Positions 57,264 to 64,000 of a stretch of 64,000 bases of DNA are shown piece after piece. Below the pieces are notes generated by a model. It had not been told where the DNA came from. It made no database searches and saw only the letters and a list, made by a program, of their open reading frames with translations. The number at the start of each line of letters is the position of its first letter. Position 1 is the stretch's first letter. The position numbers and the translations under genes were made by a program. The DNA lies in NCBI RefSeq assembly GCF_006345805.1, contig NC_043001.1, forward strand, positions 49,104,001 to 49,168,000, written 5' to 3'. Origin of the DNA: Octopus sinensis (Eukaryota).

Positions 57264-59736
57264 GTTAGAGAGAAAAAAGATAGGGCAGCTTTTAAGCTAA
57301 TTACTTAATGAATGGTACTCAGCAAAGCTATTCATCAAACTGAGGATGAATAGCTTAGCTGAGTACCCCTCATTAAGTAAATATTACTACATCAGAGGAT
57401 TGGCTAACTAAGAAACATATGTAGCCCAAATTTTACCCGCTCCAAACCCTAATACAGGAATTTTCAGCTTCTTGAATTTCCTTGTAACTTCAATATGGGA
57501 TAAAGTGTGCAACCTTCAATGCCAATAAATTGTATTATTCCTGATTGTATACTGTCTACTTTTTGTTTTCTATTCCTGCCATGGACTATTTGAAGCTTAC
57601 AAACTTCCAGCATTTGGATCCCTGGATCTTATTCTTAGATGTCAATATATATATATATATATACTAGCAGAGATACCTGGCGTTGCCCAGTTACATTCAA
57701 TTGAAGAATTAGACTTTTCTGTTATATATATATGGATACACACACACATATATGTATATTAATATAAATACATGAAAGTACATGAAGTTTGTTAAAAAAA
57801 GGGGATCATGTATATACCTCCTGGCTGTTGAGATTATAACACCTCGTTGTAAAGTTCAGATTTTTTTTTGCCGATAACACTCCCGGGCCTTAAGTAAGGC
57901 ATGTGTAAAATTTGAATGAAATTGGTTGTGTAGTTCTCAAATTTTAGGGAAACACACAGACAGACAGACAGACACACATTCTCAGTTTTATATATATATA
58001 TTATATATATATATATATACATGACAGGCTTCTTCTAGTTTCTACCTATGAAATCTACTTGTTAAGCTTTGATCAACCTAAGACTACTAGGATGCCATGC
58101 AGAGGAATTGAACTCAAAACCATGTACTTGGGAAGTAAACTTCTTAACTAGATAGCCATGCCTACATATTATATATATCTTCTATCTTTTAATTGTTTCA
58201 GTCATTTGACTGTGGCAATTTTGGGCACCAGGGTGAAGGGTTTTAGTTGAACAAATTAACCCCAAGCATTTTTTTCATTATCATTTAAAGCCTGGTACCT
58301 ATTCTATCAGTCTCTTTTGCCAAACTACTAAGTTACAGGGACACATACAGACATATATATATATATATGAAATGTCAGATCACCTAGTAAATGCCATGTT
58401 GTGCATAATGAACTTCACTACCAACAAATACATGGTTATGCAAATGAAACCAACCATTTCAAGTGAGTCCTGGTTTGTGTTTGATATTTTAAAACTTGTG
58501 TTTGAAATTTTAAAATTTGCAGGTATACCTACATTTAATTTCAGAGTATCTAAAAACAGATCCTGTTGTGCAAAATTAATTAGTTTGTTTTTATGCATGT
58601 ATGTATGTACATATGTATGCAAGTACGTATGTACATACATATGTATGTAGGTACGTATGTATGTATGTAGGTACTTATGTATGTGTCTATCTATGTGTGT
58701 GTGTGTGTGCTTTATCTCTAACAATGGGATCAGCAAAATGACATTCTGTTTTGCTGAAGTGCTCTTCATTTGCTAAGGAGTCCTTGAATGAAATAGAATA
58801 TATATTGTGTTCAACTCATGGTTATAAATATAACTTATTGACTTTTAAACCTTGCCCTGTCTAAGTGTCCTGATCATGTTCCCATGAAATGGTAACCCCC
58901 AAAAATGAATACAGCCATACCTCGGCTTAAGTCATTCTCGATTATACATCGGTTTTCAAAGATAATATATGGGAAAATAAAAATCAAGTCAAGTCATTTT
59001 ACTTGACTTTACGTTTGTCTATCACAAATATTGGAATCGTAAAATCACAAGAAAACTGTTAAAAGCACATAAAATCATGTTACTGTACAATATATAAGAA
59101 TAAAAGCATATAAAATCATATTAAAATACATACAGTAAATGTTAAGATACACACCATAAAGTAGTGTAGCTTAGTAAACAAAATCATGAAATCAGCTGTG
59201 TTGTCTTATTTATCAGTCTTTCAGAGCTCATATTGCACTGTTGTTCCAATATCTATGGTTAGGCGTTCCTGCCACTTCTGATTCCTGCGGTTGTTTTGAA
59301 TTCAGATATGCTTACGTCTGTTTATCAGCTACTTTCTCATTCTCATTCATTTGTGACTTTATTTTTTGCCCCCATGGCTCCTAAGAAAATTCATAGTAAA
59401 AGTGCTAAGCGTCATGCTATAACGCTGGAAGATAAACTGGCTATGATAAAATGCCTTGAAAAAGGTGGAAAAGTGGTAGCAATTGCACGATCTTTGGGGA
59501 TGAGTCGGATAACTATCAATGATTGTACATAACAAGGAAAAGATTTTAGCACACATGGTTTTTATTAACCATGTATTATTGAAAATGCATTCATAAATAA
59601 AGTATAAAAATGGGAATGGTTATTATCAGTTTAGTAAATTCGGCCTCGCCTAAAGACCAGTTAATTGGACTTAAGTTGTTTTCTGACTTAAAGTGTGTCT
59701 CCTGGAACCAATTAACGACATAGGGTGAGGTATGCC

Positions 59737-59786
<50 letters not shown>

Positions 59787-61321
59787 TAGATAGATAGAAA
59801 GATAGATAGATAGATAGAAAGATAGATAAATAGATACACAGACACTCACACATAAATAAATGTGTATGTATTTAGATATATACCTTTATATAGATCACTA
59901 CGTGGTACCTTGGGCAAGTATCTTCTCCTTTCGCTTCGAGCTGACCAAAGCCTTGTAACCAAATTTGGTAAATAGAAACTGAAAGAAGCCTGTCATATAT
60001 ATATATTTTCAGTCATAGTATTCTAGCAATATTATCTCTTCTCATTGCAAAAGCAGTAAAGTTTAATTTGAGGTAGATTTTGTATTGCTATATTTAGCAG
60101 GGCAAGTAATACCACATAGAGCCTAACTCATTGGTGCCTGGCAATGTTGTCTAGGTCTGCTCAATCAGAATTATCCTTGGGACTAAACAACAATAACAAC
60201 AACATCAAAAGGCTACAGATGAATGAATGAATGAAAAAACACAACTTACCATAGTTTGCCGTTGTAGTTTTGCAGAACCAGAAAAAGCTGGCGAAGCAGT
60301 TTCATACACTGTCCATGTCTTTCAGGAATACTAAAGCTGATGAGAGCAGAGGAACAGATATTCTGAACATCTTCAGCTGTGGTGTTTCTACAGAAATAGA
60401 AAGACAAATAGTGTAGGTATAATTAATACTGAACAACTAGTAGTAGTAGTAGTAAGATAGTAAATTCACTAAGTATTAGAGTGTTAAGTAGAAGCCCTAA
60501 CAGTATTGGCTCCTGTGCTCAGAGTTCAAAACCCAACTGAGGTTGACTTTTGCATATCCCTTTCACTGCTGCCGTAAGCCACCACCACCGTCCACATCAC
60601 TGCACAACTCTTGCTTGTATTAGACATGCCTTCATCACCTTCACTAAATATGCAATATGCTACTTAATGTTAATATATATAATGTACAGAGCATTAGAAT
60701 GTTATCTAAAACTTATGTGGTAAGACAAAACAAGTGAGTGGGTAGGTAAGTTAGTGTGTTCCCTTTTTACATTACTCTCCTGAATATAAATAAAAGATTG
60801 CTACAAGCCTACAGGCTCATGAAGCCAAACTTATCCATCTGGATAGAATACCAGTCCATCACAGGGTTAGCAGCCTCTCCTCCAGCCCCCATTGGTTCTC
60901 ACTTTCAGTTGAGTGGACAGGAAGAATATGAAATGAAATGTCATGCTCAAGGATACAACACACGGCCCAGTCCAAGAGTGAAACATACAGACTAACACTA
61001 GACCATATGCCTTCACTCTTTCTAGTATACTCAAGAAAAATGACTAAGTGCTTTTTCAACAATCACAAATATAGTGGTTAAGAGTCCTGGCTTTCAACCA
61101 GGTGGCCTGGGTTCAATTCCTGGCATGAAAATGCTAATTTAGGTGCAGACTTAGCTGTATGGTAAGAAGTTTGCTTCCCAATCACATGATTCTGGATTTA
61201 TCCACACTGCATGGCACCCTGGACAAGTGTCTTCTACAAAAGCTTTGTGAGTGAATTTGTTAGATGTAAACTGAAAGAGGACTGTTGTATATACTTTTCA
61301 ACACCCCTTGTGTATATATAC

Positions 61322-61358
<37 letters not shown>

Positions 61359-62180
61359 TATTTATTTGAATACATATATGATGGGCTTCTTTCAGTTTTC
61401 ATCTTTCAAATCCTTTCACAAGACTTTGTGTCATAATACAAATACATCATGAAAAAGTGAATTTATCGTGGTGTTTATGCAGAGATCATAGCCCTTAGGA
61501 ACATACTGTGTTTAAAAACACAAATATATCAATCAGCAGCAGACAAAACTCATCATTTAATGGTGGCAGTGAAAAATGTTAGACGTGCATTTCAACCATA
61601 CTGGGCTTCGTCAGTAGCATGTGCACACTGCCCACCAGAAGCTAAGTCAAAAACCCATGGCTACAGTAGAGGAAAACAGTGATTGAAAGATCTCTGATAT
61701 TGCAATTAACCACCTATCTGAATAAAAATCCCTTATGTATGTGCATGCACGTGTGTATGATTGTTTAATTATCCTTATCTTTGTTTTCTTTACTTTAGCT
61801 TCTGTTAGCATGGGTTTCAAGCTGGCATGATTTATATGTGAAAACCTGTTTATTTTATTTGTGCCTTTTTCTAATCTAGGTTATTGTTAAAGTAATAGTT
61901 TAGTCAACATATGACTAATAATGAAAAAAAGAAAACGAACAAAACTAATTATCTATGAACCACAACACTACAAATCTCAGATACATCAATTACCAACACC
62001 ACAAATTTCTGATACATTAATTACTAACAATGTAATGCCCCATACATACACCCAAACACATTTTTTAGTACTTTGTTTATATCAATTACACTGATAACTA
62101 TGTGCTTAATATCAGAAGTGGCAGGGTAGAACATAAATAAACTTTGTATGTTCACAAACTGAATTATTCAGAGATGCCAT
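19142..62180 (-). CDS. AP5Z1: AP-5 complex subunit zeta-1 (SPG48 homolog), 19 coding exons, about 796 aa
   Basis: Exons sum to 2391 nt (797 codons) with all phases compatible. Recognisable AP5Z1 motifs: EIDGTPSKNFFTVL, TDDQFLNLYTFSMLYQWL, YFPNIFKILAWNPP, FHRLLELPCLTALL, VWSVGEF, LASRCQDLIPRA. The first 38-nt exon is less certain than the rest. Confidence 0.95.
21043..21090 (-). CDS. AP5Z1: AP5Z1 exon 18 (48 nt)
   Basis: NFASVILNPSSEIQNGR; ctccacag acceptor, gtaagc donor; phase 2 to 2. Confidence 0.88.
21300..21600. repeat. Degenerate purine-rich minisatellite
   Basis: Recurring agagactcagacag / gtaggtag units ending in (GA)n. Confidence 0.6.
21781..22015. repeat. 77-bp inverted repeat (MITE-like hairpin)
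   Basis: 21781-21857 versus 21939-22015, one mismatch. Confidence 0.9.
22133..22287 (-). CDS. AP5Z1: AP5Z1 exon 17
   Basis: LASRCQDLIPRAVLCLGKV...EYINLFSFT; cccag acceptor, gtaagt donor. Confidence 0.93.
23130..23315 (-). CDS. AP5Z1: AP5Z1 exon 16
   Basis: VWSVGEFCSCSLDNNCS...YYEVLETLMYE...LMSATAK; phase 0 to 0. Confidence 0.93.
23434..23843 (+). mobile_element. SINE family A
   Basis: Near-consensus full-length copy. Confidence 0.88.
24256..24385 (-). CDS. AP5Z1: AP5Z1 exon 15
   Basis: LFADYIVKLLKLYPYIVI...RFFMHL; tttcag acceptor, gtaaaa donor; phase 2 to 0. Confidence 0.9.
25494..25616 (-). CDS. AP5Z1: AP5Z1 exon 14
   Basis: VYFSVILEDG...LLERVSLLYDVPGYKRNVR; attacag acceptor, gtaaga donor. 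Confidence 0.92.
27620..27706 (-). CDS. AP5Z1: AP5Z1 exon 13
   Basis: LDELYEVLHDMRDHPRVINCAEVLPKLL; ttatcag acceptor, gtgagc donor. Confidence 0.9.
28100..29300 (+). mobile_element. 5'-truncated Penelope-like retroelement (RT C-terminus, Cys-rich linker, GIY-YIG endonuclease)
   Basis: SRYVDDI at about 28166; thumb motifs LPILDTELW and YYMKP; CxxxxCxxC linker; VVY..C..C...YIGET GIY-YIG motif; frameshift between ORFs 28243-28728 and 28725-29312. Confidence 0.9.
29759..30113. mobile_element. hAT (Charlie-like) MITE
   Basis: Ends cagtgattcc and gggaaacactg; 8-bp TSD agttagag / ggttagag. Confidence 0.75.
30565..30755 (-). CDS. AP5Z1: AP5Z1 exon 12
   Basis: VFHRLLELPCLTALLE...SGHGDTINR; phase 0 to 2. 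Confidence 0.93.
31229..31312 (-). CDS. AP5Z1: AP5Z1 exon 11
   Basis: ILAWNPPTFVKEFEDLLPAMITQSTALE; phase 0 to 0. Confidence 0.93.
31519..31697 (-). CDS. AP5Z1: AP5Z1 exon 10
   Basis: STMVHDPQSAYDLFF...FLRDNL...YFPNIFK; phase 1 to 0. Confidence 0.92.
31790..32292 (-). mobile_element. pogo/Tc2-like MITE
   Basis: Right end ggactatacttgaggatttatgg-TA; repeated gagtataatccgc / gcgtattatac subterminal motifs; left end degenerate. Confidence 0.5.
33329..33652. mobile_element. Probable hAT MITE with one end lost
   Basis: Starts cagtggttctcagccagggtcc; internal ggggtcc / ggggcccc motifs. Confidence 0.4.
34023..34432 (+). mobile_element. SINE family A, diverged
   Basis: Head catgtggctgtgtggtaagaagcttgc through tail. 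Confidence 0.75.
34650..35110 (-). mobile_element. RTE LINE 3' fragment
   Basis: Revcomp encodes a GHVMxLDEGSCLKK...GKLRKTW-like C-terminus plus the same tail as 53775-54250. Confidence 0.7.
35283..35448 (-). CDS. AP5Z1: AP5Z1 exon 9
   Basis: CLIETVNILDAVCKVD...LLQFYINH; tttgcag acceptor, gttagt donor. Confidence 0.92.
35875..36238 (+). mobile_element. SINE family A
   Basis: Near-consensus copy. Confidence 0.85.
37273..37310 (-). CDS. AP5Z1: AP5Z1 exon 8 (38 nt)
   Basis: KPKIAADIDFQNA; ttgcag acceptor, gtaagg donor; phase 1 to 0. Confidence 0.88.
37491..37826 (+). mobile_element. tRNA/CORE-like SINE, family C
   Basis: gtgaaggtgcatggctcagtggttagagc...cttgagcaagacactttatttcacgttgctcc; inverse full copy at 39731-40067; partial copies at 7440, 20510, 23880, 32830, 36240 and 60740. 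Confidence 0.82.
37849..38058. repeat. 68-bp imperfect inverted repeat
   Basis: 37849-37916 versus 37991-38058. Confidence 0.85.
38225..39215 (-). mobile_element. Tandem cluster of SINE family B copies
   Basis: Four recognisable units of about 200 bp plus partial units, separated by (AAT)n. Confidence 0.8.
39731..40067 (-). mobile_element. SINE family C
   Basis: Reverse complement of the 37491-37826 type. Confidence 0.82.
41170..41403 (-). CDS. AP5Z1: AP5Z1 exon 7
   Basis: AQYNTDDQFLNLYTFSMLYQWL...DYCFRVLDQCER; ccacag acceptor, gtaagt donor. Confidence 0.93.
41660..42150. mobile_element. Two RTE-tail repeats, (CAT)n-ttaacgtc..ctttccatgctagc family
   Basis: Motif catcatcat..tttaacgtccgctttccatgct..ggatgcccttcctaa; further copies near 14750, 16830, 26155, 27265, 35130 (opposite orientation), 36850, 46620, 47230-47640 and 50830. 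Confidence 0.75.
42375..42542 (-). CDS. AP5Z1: AP5Z1 exon 6
   Basis: DDIGEVNKFISTWLMEASRYQ...EIDGTPSKNFFTVLNV; phase 1 to 1. Confidence 0.92.
42860..43030 (+). mobile_element. Highly decayed LINE RT remnant
   Basis: QSITALEDMV...KTLAVTFDL with in-frame stops resembles RT motifs 2-3. Confidence 0.35.
43905..44090. repeat. Degenerate minisatellite, about 33-bp unit
   Basis: Recurring gcattg(c/t)ata..gccaacacaa..taactgg. Confidence 0.7.
44623..44797. mobile_element. piggyBac-type MITE, family 1 (internally deleted copy)
   Basis: TTAA-ccctttcattac ... gtaatgaaaggg-TTAA. Confidence 0.8.
45310..45407 (-). CDS. AP5Z1: AP5Z1 exon 5
   Basis: WLSSGNAEIDKQRRAFTFIVAVVSLHSEIIKR; cctcag acceptor, gtgaga donor; phase 2 to 1. 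Confidence 0.88.
45775..46128 (+). mobile_element. SINE family A
   Basis: Near-consensus body and tail. Confidence 0.82.
48306..48352 (-). CDS. AP5Z1: AP5Z1 exon 4 (47 nt)
   Basis: GQKIGCLARMVSEAVR; tttttcag acceptor, gtaagt donor; phase 0 to 2. Confidence 0.85.
48695..48910. mobile_element. piggyBac-type MITE, family 1, opposite orientation
   Basis: TTAA-ccctttcattaccaacccggctgaaaccggctctgg. Confidence 0.72.
49860..50636 (+). mobile_element. Two head-to-tail SINE family A copies
   Basis: 49860-50266 and 50268-50636; a third copy at about 49320-49710. Confidence 0.85.
51143..51533 (-). mobile_element. SINE family A
   Basis: Reverse-complement full copy. Confidence 0.85.
51698..52089 (+). 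mobile_element. Non-autonomous Helitron
   Basis: A|TCTATATATATAAAG ... acccaagcaatgctggg hairpin ... CTAG|T. Confidence 0.75.
52129..52333 (-). CDS. AP5Z1: AP5Z1 exon 3
   Basis: IPSKLLSNLFL...IDSLPFYLVQ; ttccag acceptor, gtgaga donor; phase 2 to 0. Confidence 0.88.
53293..53520. mobile_element. piggyBac-type MITE, family 1
   Basis: TTAA on both sides; same body (taaggtttggtggaagattttaattc) as other copies. Confidence 0.75.
53775..55900 (-). mobile_element. 5'-truncated RTE-clade LINE (RT region plus 3' tail), degenerate
   Basis: Fragments GRSTTDAIFLVRQLQEK, FVDLEKAFDRVP, LSPLLF, LLYADDL and YDHVMGMDEDSYVKKC in shifting frames, followed by the tail shared with many (CAT)n-ended repeats. Confidence 0.92.
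56208..56600 (-). mobile_element. SINE family A
   Basis: Reverse-complement near-consensus copy. Confidence 0.88.
57196..57258. repeat. (GA)n microsatellite
   Basis: Direct reading. Confidence 0.95.
57664..57990 (-). mobile_element. Non-autonomous Helitron
   Basis: Revcomp ends in a hairpin (acctggcgttgcccag) and CTAG; 5' part has (cagacaga)n and merges with (TA)n. Confidence 0.7.
58912..59738 (+). mobile_element. Tigger/pogo-like internally deleted transposon retaining the N-terminal CENP-B-type HTH
   Basis: Ends cagccatacctc and gaggtatgcctg (Tigger-like CAGGCATACCTC); ATG 59374 MAPKKIHSKSAKRHAITLEDKLAMIKCLEKGGKVVAIARSLGMSRITI. Confidence 0.8.
60250..60387 (-). CDS. AP5Z1: AP5Z1 exon 2
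   Basis: NTTAEDVQNICSSALISFSIPERHGQCMKLLRQLFLVLQNYNGKL; ctgtag acceptor, gtaagt donor; phase 2 to 2. Confidence 0.88.
62143..62180 (-). CDS. AP5Z1: AP5Z1 probable first coding exon (MASLNNSVCEHTK)
   Basis: ATG directly follows the acceptor tttcttgtag with a CTAAC branch site; needs a weak GTTTAT donor to give the phase 2 required by exon 2. Confidence 0.5.
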
Positions 62181-63215
62181 CTACAAGAAACAATAATTGT
62201 TTAGTTAGTGTTAACACGTGTAATAAATGGTGCATTAAAATAAAAAACGAGAAATAGGTGGTGTAAAGTGCAAAGCAAAACAAAATGCTGTTACTGCTTT
62301 GCTTTGAGTCTGAGCCTTCTGAAGGAATCGTGAGGTCATAAGATCATGACATGCAGAGGGTTTCGGATATTTTAAAGTATAACAGATCTCGCCCTTCTCC
62401 AGATTTTATCACAGCTGGTTTCTTCTAGAAAAAAAGAAACAAACTGATAGAAAGAAAGAATAGAAAGAAGAACCAGCTCCAGTACTAAAGTTGACCGTGG
62501 CAGGATTTGAACTCGTAGCACAGAAAGCCAGAACAAATACATACCATTCTAACCAACACTCTAACAACTCAATCAATTTGCCAACAAAAGACCATATTAA
62601 TCAATGGTTAACTTTATTTTCAGTATTCTCTAAAGTATAGCAGATAATTCTGGATATGTTCTAGCTTTATTCTGATCTTATATGTATAATCTTATACATT
62701 TATTTACTGTCTTTTTTTCATTACTACTTCAGAAAGTTCTGTCCAGGCCTATGCTTCAGTGAAGAGGTAAGAATAAGGCTGAAACAAGTCCGTAGTTGTC
62801 TCCCATACTTAGCAAAATAATTAGAACAACATTTTAAATAAAAAAAGTCACTTATTTCTTTTTTTTTTTTTCAGTTCACATTTATTCCTGGTTTGCTTTA
62901 TGATATGCTATGCTTAGCCCTTTCTCTTTCACTTACCTTTTTTGCAGGTATGTATAAAAAAATAGGATTTTAAAATTTACATTTGAAAATATTCCATATT
63001 ATATAATATGGACTGCTTAGTTTTTTTTTAAGACAGTCATACTTCGAAATTAGAAAACTCTGAAATGTAGTGAATTTTTGCATTCTCATAATGACTAGGA
63101 AATTATAGAAAAATATTGGAGGGTATATAATACTAACTGATTTTATATGTGATTTAGACATGCATAAAGTTATATCATCTGAGCTTTCCTCACTGGAAGA
63201 CATATATTCATTATA

Positions 63216-63431
63216 CAAGGGGGTGCTGAAAAGTTCCTGGTTTTAAGGATATTGCAAAAGGCCTGTTGGAGGCCTAACCTTCTGAGTTTTTTTACAGGGC
63301 TTTGAAAAACTGAAGGACTGCTGCAACATGTGTGTGAATCTGAGAAGGGAATATGTTAAATAAAATCATAATTAACTGATCCACCTGCGTTTTCTTTTAC
63401 TGAAAGCCAGAATCTTTTCAGCATCCCCTTG
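63216..63431 (+). mobile_element. mariner-derived MITE
   Basis: TIR-like ends caagggggtgctgaaaagttcctgg and ccagaatcttttcagcatccccttg; internal remnant of a mariner C-terminus (EKLKDCCNMCVNLRREYV). Confidence 0.75.
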
Positions 63432-63461
63432 AATATTTGTAAGAATGTATATATTCTTTTA

Positions 63462-63890
63462 TTCTAGTACTTGCTTCAGTCTGACTGATTGCGGCCATGC
63501 TGGAGCACCACCTTGAAATGTTTTAGTTGAATAAATTGACCCCAGGACTTTTTTAAAATTTAGTACTTATTCTATCAGTCTCTTTTGCTGAACTGCTAAG
63601 TTATGGGGATGTAAACACACCATCACTGGTTGTCAAGCAGAGATGGCGGGACAAACACATACACAGACACACACACAATATATATATATATATATATATA
63701 GATATAGATAGATAGATATATATACATACATACATACATATATATACGACAGGCTTCTTTCAGTTTCCGTCTACCAAATCCACTCACAAGGCATTGGTCA
63801 GCCCGGGGCTATAGCAGAAGAAACTTGCCCAAGATGCCACGCAGTGGGACTGAACCCGGAACCATGAAGTTGGTTAGCAAGCTACTTACC
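63462..63890 (-). mobile_element. SINE family A
   Basis: Reverse-complement full copy. Confidence 0.85.
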
Positions 63891-64000
63891 AACAATTGTT
63901 TATAATTGGGCTTCAGTGTGAAGTTTTCAGATTGCAAAATCATTTTGGTTGCTCTGATCTCTGATCTTTGATCTTGCTGCACTTATTCAGTGAGAGAGTG

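Overview
Eukaryotic, AT-rich, repeat-dense genomic DNA. The SINE and LINE families look like those of octopus (coleoid cephalopod); this is inferred from repeat content only. Two intron-rich protein-coding genes face each other. (1) On the + strand, a short stand-alone opioid growth factor receptor (OGFr)-domain gene: 5 coding exons at 340-13226, about 190 aa, with several canonical motif residues substituted. (2) On the - strand, AP5Z1 (AP-5 complex zeta-1/SPG48): 19 coding exons from about 62180 to 19142, about 796 aa, with all splice phases joining in frame. The introns hold a Tc1-like element with DD36E spacing, a nearly intact DD34D mariner, a Penelope-like retroelement, RTE-type LINE fragments, Tigger/mariner/hAT/piggyBac-type MITEs, non-autonomous Helitrons, several foldback (inverted-repeat) elements, dozens of tRNA-derived SINE copies and many microsatellites. 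I found no rRNA, true tRNA or CRISPR array. Most short ORFs in the supplied track are artefacts of microsatellites and SINEs. All homology calls come from my recollection of family motifs; no database search was run.
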